Source: a virus
Virus record (IMG/VR): IMGVR_UViG_3300045988_005517
Location: 1 to 28,277 of that record
Strand: one strand, 5' to 3'
DNA: 28,277 nucleotides
In this document: positions 6,449 to 15,329 of the stretch, in pieces
Layout: every line of letters starts with the position of its first letter
How positions within the stretch are numbered: the first letter of the stretch is position 1
The notes under the pieces: model-generated
The model's database searches: none
Seen by the model: only the letters and a program-made list of their open reading frames with translations
What the model was told of the DNA's origin: nothing
Translations under genes and position numbers: made by a program

Positions 6449-6792
6449 ATTGTCTGTCAAACACTAACTTTTAGTGGCTTGAACACTTTTTCAACACCGG
6501 ACAAGCTGACAGACCTTGTCCAAACAAAACCCAGCAAATTTAAGAAAAAAGGATGTGAAACACCCTCTTTCTTATTGATATCGCATTACAAAATAAAAGC
6601 CAAAGACCTTGCTGGTGTCGACGGCTAGAAATGAGGTGATAAAAGGCTTGAGAAACACCCCAAGAATAAATACGTATTCTATCTTTTCAATAAAATCTCT
6701 TAACGTTTCTTGGGCCAAAATAAAAAAGACCGACACAATGGCCGGCACTCTTTGAAAATCAACACTACTATTATACCAGAGAGGGCAGAACA

Positions 6793-7209
6793 ATGCTATT
6801 GCCGGAAATTGATGAAAAAGCAACAATCAAACGTTGCAAGCGCAAACTTCGAGAATATCCACGCTGGCGAGAGATTGCACACGATAGCGCTGAGCAGAAG
6901 ATTACACAAGAGTTCACTTTCATGCCCAGAGGTGGCAGTGGTGTAAGTAGGCCGGTGGAAAATATCGCAGTTAGGCGTGTCGATGCTATGAACGAGCTAG
7001 AAGCCATAGAGCAAGCAGTTAGCGGGCTATATCGTCCAGACTATCGCAGAATACTAATAGAAAAATACCTAGCTTATCCACCTAAACCAAACTGGCAAAT
7101 TGCCCAAGGAATTGGATTCGAGAGAACAGCGTTTCAAGAGCTGCTAAATAATGCTATCCTAGCTTTTGCAGAACTGTATAGAAATGGTCAATTAGTCGTA
7201 GAACGTTGA
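6793..7209 (+). CDS. ArpU-family late-gene transcriptional regulator
   Basis: 138 aa, located immediately upstream of terS. The sequence (..ATIKRCKRKLREYPRW.., ..LEAIEQAVSGL..YRRILIEKYL.., ..IAQGIGFERTAFQELLNNAI..) fits the ArpU/RinA-like sigma-like regulators of Gram-positive phages (from memory). Confidence 0.8.
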   Translation: MLLPEIDEKATIKRCKRKLREYPRWREIAHDSAEQKITQEFTFMPRGGSGVSRPVENIAVRRVDAMNELEAIEQAVSGLYRPDYRRILIEKYLAYPPKPNWQIAQGIGFERTAFQELLNNAILAFAELYRNGQLVVER

Positions 7210-7265
7210 AATTTCGGTATTTAGACGGATAAAGCACGGTATCTTACAAGTGTTTAAAGTGGTAT

Positions 7266-7274
7266 TGTTATATT
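7266..7274 (+). promoter_or_regulatory. candidate extended -10 promoter element (TGTTATATT) for the late operon
   Basis: TGnTATATT at 7266-7274. It follows three phased GGTAT boxes (7216, 7238, 7261). No good -35 element. Sequence inspection only. Confidence 0.3.
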
Positions 7275-7289
7275 ATCGAAGAAAAACGG

Positions 7290-7318
7290 AGACAACTCAT
7301 TTTGTGGGTTGTCTTTTT
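7290..7318 (+). terminator. intrinsic-terminator-like hairpin between arpU and terS
   Basis: Perfect 7-bp stem AGACAAC (7290-7296) / GTTGTCT (7308-7314), 11-nt loop, followed by a T-run to 7318. Confidence 0.5.
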
Positions 7319-7337
7319 CAGTATCGGAAAGGAGTTG

Positions 7338-7781
7338 ATGGAAAATGGGATGACCGAGAAACAAATGAAGTTTGCCGATGAGTACATCATCAGCCTAAAT
7401 GCTTCGCAAGCATATAAGAAGGCTTATCCTAATATTAAGAACAATGATGTTGCAAAGGCTAATGGAAGTAGACTGCTTGCTAAAGCTAACATCAAGGCTT
7501 ATATAGACGAGCAACTTGAGAAATTAAAGTCGGAACGTGTTGCGGATCAACAGGAAGTCATGGAATTTCTCACGGCTGTAATGCGTGGCGAGGTTGAAGA
7601 ACCCCTGCTTGTTCTCGACGGCGAAGGTATGCAGCGCATTGCTCAAGCTAAGCCGAATGTTGCCACCCGTCGAGCTGCGGCAGTTGATATCGGTAAACGT
7701 TACAGAATGTGGACAGATAAGGTAGAAGCCGATGTAACGCAAGATATCAATATTAATGTCGGTGAATGGAATGACGATTAA
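7338..7781 (+). CDS. terS: terminase small subunit (P27/Terminase_2-like)
   Basis: ..MTEKQMKFADEYIISLNASQAYKKAYPNIKNNDVAKANGSRLLAKANIKAYIDE.. is the typical HTH N-terminus of this TerS family. The track start at 7302 lies inside the upstream hairpin, so ATG 7338 or 7350 (after AAAGGAG at 7328-7334) is preferred. The exact start is uncertain. Confidence 0.85.
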   Translation: MENGMTEKQMKFADEYIISLNASQAYKKAYPNIKNNDVAKANGSRLLAKANIKAYIDEQLEKLKSERVADQQEVMEFLTAVMRGEVEEPLLVLDGEGMQRIAQAKPNVATRRAAAVDIGKRYRMWTDKVEADVTQDININVGEWNDD

Positions 7782-9036
7782 TCTTGAAATCAATCCAAGC
7801 AAGGTGTTTAATCGGCATATCTATGAGCATTTGTTTGATTACGACACATTCACTGAGGTTCATTACGGCGGAGCGTCTAGCGGTAAGAGCCACGGGGTCT
7901 TCCAGAAGATAGTCCTCAAGGCTCTTAAAAAGTGGGACAAACCCCGCAAAGTATTGATATTGCGAAAAGTAGGCTCTACGGTTCGTGATTCGGTGTTTGC
8001 GGATGTGCAGGCAGCCTTGTCTTATTTCGGTGTGCTTAATCTATGCAAGGTTAACATGAGCGCATTCCGTATTGAGCTGCCAAACGGGGCCGAGCTGATT
8101 TTCAAGGGGATGGACAACCCAGAAAAAATCAAGTCAATCAAAGGCATTTCAGACGTGGTCATGGAAGAAGCGTCAGAGTTTACGCTCGATGATTACACGC
8201 AGCTAACACTTCGTCTAAGGGATAAAGCTCACAAGCAGAAACAAATCTACTTGATGTTTAACCCAGTGTCTAAAGCTAACTGGGTATATAATGCGTTCTT
8301 TGTGAAGAACCCTAAAAATACAGTGGTTTATCAAACGACATACAAGGACAATCGCTTTCTGGACGACTTGACCAAGGAGAATATCGAGGAGCTAGCAAAC
8401 CGAAACGAAGCCTACTACAAAATCTATGCCTTGGGTGAGTTTGCCACCCTCGATAAGCTAGTATTTCCCAAGTACGAGAAAAAATTACTCAATAAGGACA
8501 AGCTTAAACAGCTACCGTCCTTTTTTGGTCTTGACTTTGGTTTTACAAACGACCCCACGGCGTTTATGCACGTCAAAATAGACCGAGAGAATAAGCGACT
8601 ATACATCCTAGAGGAGTATGTCAAAAAGGGCTTGCTTAACAACCAGATAGCAGAAGCCATCACTAGCCTTGGCTACTCAAAAGAGGTGATTATGGCTGAC
8701 TCAGCGGAGCAGAAATCTGTTGCAGAATTGCAAACACTGGGCTTGCGTCGAGCTATTCCGGTAGATAAAGGTAAAGGTTCAGTCCTTCAAGGGATTCAGT
8801 TCTTGCAGCAATTCGACATCATTGTCGATGAAAGATGCGTCAAGACGATTGAGGAGCTTGAGAACTATACATGGCAGAAAGATAAACATACAAACGAGTA
8901 TATCAACAAGCCGTGTGATAGTTATAACCACTGTATCGACGCTATTAGATACGCACTTCAAAACCTTATTTTCGTCAAGGACAGACAGGACGTAGACGCT
9001 AAGATTAGAAGGGTTAACAAACTGATAAGGAGATAG
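7756..9036 (+). CDS. terL: terminase large subunit (PBSX/Terminase_3-type, headful packaging)
   Basis: 426 aa. Walker A GGASSGKS, Walker B-like VVMEEASE, C-terminal nuclease-like region (..ADSAEQKS.., ..DSYNHCIDAIRYAL). Overlaps the terS end. The start may be ATG 7771 rather than 7756. Confidence 0.93.
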   Translation: MSVNGMTINLEINPSKVFNRHIYEHLFDYDTFTEVHYGGASSGKSHGVFQKIVLKALKKWDKPRKVLILRKVGSTVRDSVFADVQAALSYFGVLNLCKVNMSAFRIELPNGAELIFKGMDNPEKIKSIKGISDVVMEEASEFTLDDYTQLTLRLRDKAHKQKQIYLMFNPVSKANWVYNAFFVKNPKNTVVYQTTYKDNRFLDDLTKENIEELANRNEAYYKIYALGEFATLDKLVFPKYEKKLLNKDKLKQLPSFFGLDFGFTNDPTAFMHVKIDRENKRLYILEEYVKKGLLNNQIAEAITSLGYSKEVIMADSAEQKSVAELQTLGLRRAIPVDKGKGSVLQGIQFLQQFDIIVDERCVKTIEELENYTWQKDKHTNEYINKPCDSYNHCIDAIRYALQNLIFVKDRQDVDAKIRRVNKLIRR

Positions 9037-9037
9037 A

Positions 9038-10537
9038 ATGACGAATACAACACATAGTGCTGACGATATTTTGCATGAAGGCCAGTATATCCCTAGATCG
9101 TACCAATTCGAGCGTGACATGGAGCCGACTAGCTTGCAAAAGCGTGAAGACTTTCTTCACTTTCCCAAAGAAGCTAACACCCACTTCATGGCTCAATCAG
9201 CGGACGACCTAGTGGACACGTTCCAAGGGCGTGAGAAGTTAGAGAAGATGGTAGTTCAGTTCCAAGACGGACAGATAGACCGCTTGAATATCCTAGAGAG
9301 CTACTCAAACGGGAACAACTACACCATTCTAAATGGTCGTAAACGACTAGAACCAGAGAAAGCTGACTACCGTATTAGGCATGACCTGGGCGGACAAGCT
9401 AGCCGCTTTTTTACCGGTTATACAGTGGGGCAGCCTATTTCAATCGGAGCCACTGATGCTAATAGCGACTTGACGGCTATTGACGATTTCAACGCTTACA
9501 ACGACATTGAAGCCCTTAACCGTGAATTAGTCTATGACGCTTCACGCTTTGGGCGAGCGTTTGAGTTGCATTATTATGACGAGTTTGGCAATCCTGCAGT
9601 GGTCTTGATTGACGCAAGAGAGATGTTCACAATCCGCAGTGCAGACGTCCGAAAGGATATCATTGCGGCTGTGCATTGCCCAGTTTACAACGGTGAAATG
9701 TTTGTCACGGTCTATACGGACAACAAGATTGTTAGCTATGATCCAAACTGGCAGGAAATCGAACGAAAAGAAAACCCGTTCGGAATGGTGCCAGTGGTTG
9801 AATGGCAGAATAACCGAGAGCGTTCGGGAGATTGGGAGAAAGGTATTCCAATCATTGACGCTTACGACGCAGCAGAGTCGGACACAGCTAACTACATGTC
9901 AGACCTCAATGACGCAATGCTAGTTATCAAGGGCGATGTTGAAAGTACCGGCATGAATGCGTCCGACATCATGAAAATGAAACACGCTAACATGCTTGTG
10001 CTTGAAAGTGGTGTCGGACACAACGGACAGCAAACGTCATTAGATGCCGGCTATATCTACAAACAATACGATGTGAGCGGTGTTGAAGCGTATAAGTCAC
10101 GTTTGATTAAAGACTTCTTCCGAATCGTCGGATTGCCTAATTTGCAAGATGATTCGACTTTCTCAGCTACGTCTGGGATTGCTATCCGCTACAAGCTAGT
10201 TGACTTGCAGCAAGTTACAGCCGTCAAACGTGGGTTCTTTGTTAAGGCACTCCGAAGACGCTATAAACTGCTTGAGTTGCTATCTAACAATCTCAAAGGT
10301 ATCGAACCAGTGGACGCTGACATGCTGACATTTACATTCCATGAGAACCTACCAACGGATGTATGGGCTGAGATTCAATCTGCTATCAATTCCGGCATGG
10401 AAATCTCACAAGAGACGCTTATGGAATCAGCTAGCTTCACAGATGCCCGCAAAGAAAAGAGCCGTTTGCTCAAAGAGGGTGGGGCTACTGATCTAGAAGT
10501 CAGTCAGATTGTAGGTGTTGAGGATGATGACGAATAA
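9038..10537 (+). CDS. portal protein (SPP1 gp6-like)
   Basis: 499 aa, immediately after terL, with an acidic C-terminus (VGVEDDDE). Size and position fit SPP1-type portals. The internal sequence looks gp6-like by eye. Confidence 0.88.
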   Translation: MTNTTHSADDILHEGQYIPRSYQFERDMEPTSLQKREDFLHFPKEANTHFMAQSADDLVDTFQGREKLEKMVVQFQDGQIDRLNILESYSNGNNYTILNGRKRLEPEKADYRIRHDLGGQASRFFTGYTVGQPISIGATDANSDLTAIDDFNAYNDIEALNRELVYDASRFGRAFELHYYDEFGNPAVVLIDAREMFTIRSADVRKDIIAAVHCPVYNGEMFVTVYTDNKIVSYDPNWQEIERKENPFGMVPVVEWQNNRERSGDWEKGIPIIDAYDAAESDTANYMSDLNDAMLVIKGDVESTGMNASDIMKMKHANMLVLESGVGHNGQQTSLDAGYIYKQYDVSGVEAYKSRLIKDFFRIVGLPNLQDDSTFSATSGIAIRYKLVDLQQVTAVKRGFFVKALRRRYKLLELLSNNLKGIEPVDADMLTFTFHENLPTDVWAEIQSAINSGMEISQETLMESASFTDARKEKSRLLKEGGATDLEVSQIVGVEDDDE

Positions 10538-11480
10538 TGAACGCTACAATGCTGAACGAAAAGCACAATCAGACCTAATTAAGCGTGACATAGAGCGTGA
10601 CAAGGTCTTAAAAGAGCTCTATCAAGCGTCATATAACCGCATGCAGGGCCAAATAAACGGCTTTTACATGCGCTATGCTGACAAAGAGGGGCTAAGCCGT
10701 GCCGAAGCTATGAAGCGGGCTAGTGAGTTCGATGTTACTGAGTACAAAGACCGAGCTAGAAAGGCAGTAGTCGAGAAAGATTTCTCGCACGGCACTAATC
10801 AATGGCTAAGACTGTTTAACCTCAAAATGAAAGTCAGCCGTTTGGAGCTACTCAAAGCAGAATTAAGGCTTGAAATAGCTAGCCTTATATCAGACGTTAA
10901 CGAAGTCTTTGATGAAGCGCGTGAGAGTGAATATTTAGCCGAATTTAAGCGCCAAGCTGGTATTTTGGGCAATTCTGCCGTCAATGCAGTAAGCCGCATG
11001 AGAGCCATCTTAGACGCTGATTTCTACGGACAGAATTTTAGTCGCAGAGTTTGGGGCAGGAACGGACTTCATGCAAGTATGCAGAAGGATGTGTTTAGCT
11101 CGCTAGCACGTATCTTCACCGACATGGACGGTTTTAAGCAGGAACGGCAGCGATTAGCTAAGAAATATAACACAAGCCAAGCCAACGCCCAACGATTGCT
11201 CAAAACCGAAATAGCTCGCATTAATGCTGATACAGAATTGATGATGTTGAAGGAAAATGACTTCACGCATTTAATCTATGTCGCTGAAAGTGGGGCTTGC
11301 GATATCTGTAAGCCTTTGGATAGAAAAGCCATACCGATTAACAAGGCAGAGAAAGGGGTTAACATGTACCCAATGCACCCTAACTGTCGTTGTTCAGCGT
11401 ATGGACATATCAAAATGGAATATAAAGCCGGTGGCAGCACTCTTGATGAAGAAGCTGTTAACGGTGTTTGGGGTGAATAA
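10515..11480 (+). CDS. minor head / head morphogenesis protein (SPP1 gp7, Mu F-like)
   Basis: Follows the portal gene with an overlap. The C-terminal Cys/His motif CDICKPLDRK...MYPMHPNCRCS is characteristic of the gp7/Mu F family. The true start is possibly ATG 10524 or 10527. Confidence 0.85.
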   Translation: MLRMMTNNERYNAERKAQSDLIKRDIERDKVLKELYQASYNRMQGQINGFYMRYADKEGLSRAEAMKRASEFDVTEYKDRARKAVVEKDFSHGTNQWLRLFNLKMKVSRLELLKAELRLEIASLISDVNEVFDEARESEYLAEFKRQAGILGNSAVNAVSRMRAILDADFYGQNFSRRVWGRNGLHASMQKDVFSSLARIFTDMDGFKQERQRLAKKYNTSQANAQRLLKTEIARINADTELMMLKENDFTHLIYVAESGACDICKPLDRKAIPINKAEKGVNMYPMHPNCRCSAYGHIKMEYKAGGSTLDEEAVNGVWGE

Positions 11481-11566
11481 CCCCTTGTCCAGACCGTGCT
11501 GACGACATTAAAAGCTGCATGAGTTCGAGGGGGTTGCTCGTAAAAGCGTAAAGAAAGGAGCCTATC

Positions 11567-12118
11567 ATGGCAGAAAAAGAACTTGAAACAGTTGAAAATC
11601 CTCAAGAGGTTGAAGCTAGCCAACCAGAAAAAGAGGAAAAAATGGTGTCAGTTGCTGAGATGCAGCGTAGACTCAAGCAGATGGAAGAAAAACATACTCT
11701 TGAAATCGCTGATATGCAAACCGGTATTCAATCTCAAATCGAGGAAGCCGTTGCTAAAGCTAAAATGAGCGAAGAAGAACTTCAAGAGCTGCAACAGAAA
11801 CAGCGGGATAAAGAATTCGAAGAAGCCCAGAGCACAATTGCAGCACTTCAAGCACAAATCGCTCAACGTCAAATGCAGGATATCGCTATTAAAGAGCTCG
11901 AAGCTCAAGGCGTGCCCGTCAACGAGTCAACGCTTGCCTTCGTTGTTAAAGGCGATGAAGAAGCTACTAAGCTAGCTGTTTCAAACATGGCTAACATCTT
12001 AAACTTGCAGAAACGAGAAGAAGCCAAGGCTCTACCACCTCGCACAAGCGGTGGAGAGGAAGGACGTTCTCATCGTGGAAAAGACAAGTTTGACAAAGCC
12101 AAAATCACTAATTTCTAA
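11567..12118 (+). CDS. head scaffolding protein
   Basis: 183 aa. Highly charged and predicted coiled coil (E/Q/K-rich). Lies directly upstream of the major capsid gene, with a strong SD (AAAGGAG). Confidence 0.75.
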   Translation: MAEKELETVENPQEVEASQPEKEEKMVSVAEMQRRLKQMEEKHTLEIADMQTGIQSQIEEAVAKAKMSEEELQELQQKQRDKEFEEAQSTIAALQAQIAQRQMQDIAIKELEAQGVPVNESTLAFVVKGDEEATKLAVSNMANILNLQKREEAKALPPRTSGGEEGRSHRGKDKFDKAKITNF

Positions 12119-12136
12119 TCAAAGAAAGGAGAGCGC

Positions 12137-13069
12137 ATGGCTCAACAAAAATTTAATCCAGACACAGTCCTCTTGTCTGATTCTCTTGGAAAAGAGGTCA
12201 CATCAGAACAAATCACTGATCTATTCACTGACGAACTTGTTAAAACTTCAAAAGTCATTCAGCTTGGTCAAAAAGTTGAAATGGAAGGGAAAATGGTCCG
12301 TAAAGGCGTTGAAGTTGGTCAATTGACAGACGCTTACTTCGTTGGTGAAGGTCAAAAAATCGGCACTGCAAAAGTACAAACTAAATCTTACGTTCTTGAA
12401 TCTCGTAAATTGGCAGTTATCTTGCCAGTTACAGAAGAAGTCCTCAACTACACTTGGACTGACTTCTTCGAATCAATCAAGGACAAGATTGTCGACTTGT
12501 TTAACAAGAAAATCGACGGGGCGGCATTCCTTGGATTGTATAACAACCCATTCGGTGCCAACGTTTTGGCGTCTGCTAAACGTGCTCAAAACGTCGTATC
12601 TGGGGACATCAACCTTAATAACATCTACGATGTAGAAGATAAGTCAGAAAAAGAACCTAACGCATTCGTAGGTCACCGCACTATCAACCGCACACTTCGT
12701 GGGATTGTCGACAATGTTAACGGTGGTCAACACATCTTCACTAAACCAGCTAACCCTAATGCAATCGGTGAGCTTGATGGCCTTCCATATTCTCAACTTC
12801 AATTGCAAGATGGGCAAACTTACCCAGCAGGTACATTGATCACTGGTAACTTCAATGGTTTGGTTTACGGTATTCCAAACGGTACTAACTTGCGTCTTAA
12901 AATCGCAGACCAAGCTACTTTGTCTAAAGTTCAAAACAATGGCGACCTTGATTCTGGTGACGTTCACTTGTTTGAACAAGACATGCAAGCACTTCGTGCA
13001 ATCTTTGAAATTGCCGTAGCGATTCCAAACGACGAAGCATTTGCAGCGATCCAACCAGTAGGAGTCTAG
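12137..13069 (+). CDS. major capsid protein
   Basis: 310 aa, strong SD (AAAGGAGAG), optimal-looking codon usage. Lies between the scaffold and connector genes. No protease gene is present, consistent with a scaffold-dependent capsid. Confidence 0.85.
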   Translation: MAQQKFNPDTVLLSDSLGKEVTSEQITDLFTDELVKTSKVIQLGQKVEMEGKMVRKGVEVGQLTDAYFVGEGQKIGTAKVQTKSYVLESRKLAVILPVTEEVLNYTWTDFFESIKDKIVDLFNKKIDGAAFLGLYNNPFGANVLASAKRAQNVVSGDINLNNIYDVEDKSEKEPNAFVGHRTINRTLRGIVDNVNGGQHIFTKPANPNAIGELDGLPYSQLQLQDGQTYPAGTLITGNFNGLVYGIPNGTNLRLKIADQATLSKVQNNGDLDSGDVHLFEQDMQALRAIFEIAVAIPNDEAFAAIQPVGV

Positions 13070-13082
13070 TCAGGAGGTTTAA

Positions 13083-13355
13083 ATGACCTATAAAGCTAAG
13101 ATTACATTCCGTGACTTGCAAGATAACGAGTATATCTATCAAGCCGGGGAAGTTTACCCACGAGAAGGCTATGAGCCATCTAAAGAGCGTGTGGCAGAAG
13201 TTCTTGAAAAAGGCGGTATCGAACAAGTCGAGCCGTCAAAAGAGCTTACAGTCAAAGAGCTCAAAGCAAAACTTGATGAAGCTGGTATCGAGTATGATGC
13301 CAAAGCAAAAAAAGCAGATTTAGAAGAACTTCTAAAGGCTGCGGAGGGGGTCTAA
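13083..13355 (+). CDS. small head-module protein with C-terminal HeH/SAP-like (Rho-N-like) motif
   Basis: The C-terminal LTVKELKAKLDEAGIEYDAKAKKADLEELLKAAEG is a textbook HeH/SAP helix-extension-helix motif. The N-terminal ~45 aa are unrelated. Confidence 0.6.
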   Translation: MTYKAKITFRDLQDNEYIYQAGEVYPREGYEPSKERVAEVLEKGGIEQVEPSKELTVKELKAKLDEAGIEYDAKAKKADLEELLKAAEGV

Positions 13356-13356
13356 A

Positions 13357-13704
13357 ATGAACGATATCCAACTTGAGAAGATTAAGCGTCGGTTGGGTAT
13401 CGACGTTGAAGACGATCTTGAGGATGAATTGATTGAAGACTTAGTCAACGACGCCGAGAGTTATTTCAAAGCGTTAGTCGGAACAACCGAGATTGACAAG
13501 AAATATCATTTCATTATCGAAAATGTTGTTTACAAGCTCTATGGTCGTAAGGGGTCAGAGGGTGTCAAAACCGAAAACGTAGACGGCTATTCAGTCACCT
13601 ACGAGGATTGGGACGACATATTCAAGCCTTACAGAAAGATTCTGGATAAAGATTTTGGCCTAGATGGCTCGTTAGCTCGAAAAGGTAAGGTGAAGTTTCT
13701 ATGA
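13357..13704 (+). CDS. head-tail connector protein (gp6/gp15-like)
   Basis: 115 aa. First gene of the four-gene connector block after the capsid gene. N-terminal pattern L..IK..LGID.ED..DE.I..L...A is typical of this family. Otherwise assigned by synteny. Confidence 0.65.
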   Translation: MNDIQLEKIKRRLGIDVEDDLEDELIEDLVNDAESYFKALVGTTEIDKKYHFIIENVVYKLYGRKGSEGVKTENVDGYSVTYEDWDDIFKPYRKILDKDFGLDGSLARKGKVKFL

Positions 13705-14009
13705 AAACACCACACCGCATTAAGCTAGTGAAGCAAGGTGTTTCGACTTACAACCCAATCACTGATAAGCACGAAGAAAAGGCACAGTCTAGCAAGATTG
13801 TGCCTTGTTTAGTCAATTTTATTGACCAACAGCGTGTATTTGAAGCCTACGGGAGTAGGTCAGACGTGGTCATGATATGCCGATTCAATCAAGAGCAGAA
13901 GCCGTTTGACTACGCTCTATACGAGGGTAAGAAGTATTATCCTATCGAACGCATTGACGCACCGATAAAAGGGGCAATTCGATTGAAACGAGGTGAGCTA
14001 AATGGCTAA
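13701..14009 (+). CDS. head closure / head-tail adaptor protein
   Basis: 102 aa, with ATGA coupling. Assigned by synteny only. Confidence 0.5.
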   Translation: MKTPHRIKLVKQGVSTYNPITDKHEEKAQSSKIVPCLVNFIDQQRVFEAYGSRSDVVMICRFNQEQKPFDYALYEGKKYYPIERIDAPIKGAIRLKRGELNG

Positions 14010-14355
14010 TTTCACAATCGAGTGGAGAGGGGACACAGTCCTCGCAGCCGCTTTGAACAAAGCAAGTCAAGGGGTTAGAACACAAGCTCAAAACGCTCTT
14101 AAAAACTCAGCCGAGAAAGGCAAGAGCATTTCAAAAGGTCTTGCGCCAGTGGATACCGGTTTCTTGAGAGCTAATATCACCACTAGGCATTTAGGCGAAG
14201 AATCGCACATCCATTCAGCCGCCTCTTATAGTGGATTCCAAGAGTTTGGCACACGCTATCAGCCTGGTAAGCCGTTTATGCGTCCTATGATGCACCAAAT
14301 CGAGCCTTACTTCACAGAACAAATCCGTAAAGTTATGGAAGGAGCCTTTAAATGA
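14002..14355 (+). CDS. HK97 gp10-family tail/neck component
   Basis: 117 aa. The motifs PVDTGFLRANI and ..GFQEFGT...PGKPFMRP.. are typical of the HK97 gp10 family. Confidence 0.7.
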   Translation: MANFTIEWRGDTVLAAALNKASQGVRTQAQNALKNSAEKGKSISKGLAPVDTGFLRANITTRHLGEESHIHSAASYSGFQEFGTRYQPGKPFMRPMMHQIEPYFTEQIRKVMEGAFK

Positions 14356-14732
14356 CACCTAGCCACGACTTATTCAGAAATCTATTCGCTATTGCTGACG
14401 AAACATTGGCAACTTATGACTACTTACCCGATTCATCCGCCAGCTATCCCTTCGCTTTCATCGGTGAGAATAGCTCAGCGCCTACGCTCAATAACGACAA
14501 TTTTGGAACGATAAGACAAACCGTCCATATCTACGGGACTAGAGTGCAGCGTGCAGAGCTAGACGCTCACTGTCAGACGTTGGAACAAGCTAGCGAACGA
14601 ATTAAAGGGTTTGAATACAACTTATTGAAGACTGGGACAGACAAGCAAGTCTTACCAGATAATACAGACGTCCAGCCATTGATTCACATTGTGCTGGATT
14701 TTTCATTTTCATATACCAAAAAGGAGGAATAA
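14352..14732 (+). CDS. tail completion / tail terminator protein (by position)
   Basis: 126 aa. Last connector gene before the major tail protein. Assigned by synteny only. Confidence 0.5.
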   Translation: MTPSHDLFRNLFAIADETLATYDYLPDSSASYPFAFIGENSSAPTLNNDNFGTIRQTVHIYGTRVQRAELDAHCQTLEQASERIKGFEYNLLKTGTDKQVLPDNTDVQPLIHIVLDFSFSYTKKEE

Positions 14733-15275
14733 ATGGCAGAACTTATTTTGGGTAAAGACCTAATGGTCTTCTTCCGTCGTGTTAAAGACCAAAAGACACA
14801 AGACGCTGCTAAAGTACGTTTCCAAACAGAACACACTATCAATGCTGAGAAAGAGGTTGAAACAACCAAAACTAAAGACGGCGTTGTTAACTCAATCTCG
14901 GACGGTGAAGTTTCTGGGGAATTCGTATCGCTTGCTTATCGTGAAGATGGCACTACTACGGAGATGTGGCGTGAAATGCGTAAATGGTTCATCGCAGGCG
15001 ACAAAGTAGAGTGCTGGCAAGTTGACCTTGCTTCTAAACGCGCTTCTGGTGGCAAAGATGTCTATGACGTTGAATATTACCAAGGCTACCTTAAAAACTT
15101 TGAAATCGCAGCACCCGCTGACGACAAAGTTGAGCTTTCTTATGAAATGGCTATCGACGGCAACGGTATTATTTCAACTGACAGCTTGACAGAAGCTCAG
15201 AAGAAAGCAGTCGCAAGCGCTCAATACGACTACCACACTCTTGCTAAAGAAGACAGCCTAGTGTCATCTATCTAG
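14733..15275 (+). CDS. major tail protein
   Basis: 180 aa, SD AAAAGGAGG, followed by a strong terminator. Position upstream of the chaperone pair and the tape measure gene. Confidence 0.8.
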   Translation: MAELILGKDLMVFFRRVKDQKTQDAAKVRFQTEHTINAEKEVETTKTKDGVVNSISDGEVSGEFVSLAYREDGTTTEMWREMRKWFIAGDKVECWQVDLASKRASGGKDVYDVEYYQGYLKNFEIAAPADDKVELSYEMAIDGNGIISTDSLTEAQKKAVASAQYDYHTLAKEDSLVSSI

Positions 15276-15281
15276 TCTATT

Positions 15282-15309
15282 GCAGGGGCTTTGTGCCCTT
15301 GCTTTTTTT
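15282..15309 (+). terminator. rho-independent terminator after the major tail gene
   Basis: 8-bp stem GCAGGGGC (15282-15289) / GCCCTTGC (15295-15302, one G-U pair), 5-nt loop, T7 run at 15303-15309. Confidence 0.75.
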
Positions 15310-15329
15310 GTATAAAGGAGAAATAAAAC

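Noticed and set aside
6440-6946. Track ORFs 6440-6628 (+), 6572-6826 (-) and 6710-6946 (+) inside or around the island
   Set aside because: None has a Shine-Dalgarno sequence, and amino-acid composition is odd (Cys/Phe/Lys-rich, low complexity). Two of them overlap the well-supported arpU start. They are most likely chance ORFs in AT-rich DNA.
7302-7337. Track-suggested upstream start (7302) for terS
   Set aside because: It would begin inside the 7290-7318 terminator-like hairpin, upstream of the only SD (7328-7334), and would add a hydrophobic MWVVFFSIG leader not seen in TerS proteins.
11276-13226. Antisense ORFs of 100-136 aa opposite the gp7-like, capsid and HeH genes
   Set aside because: They are embedded opposite strongly supported structural genes with good SDs. 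They have no ribosome-binding sites or recognisable motifs.
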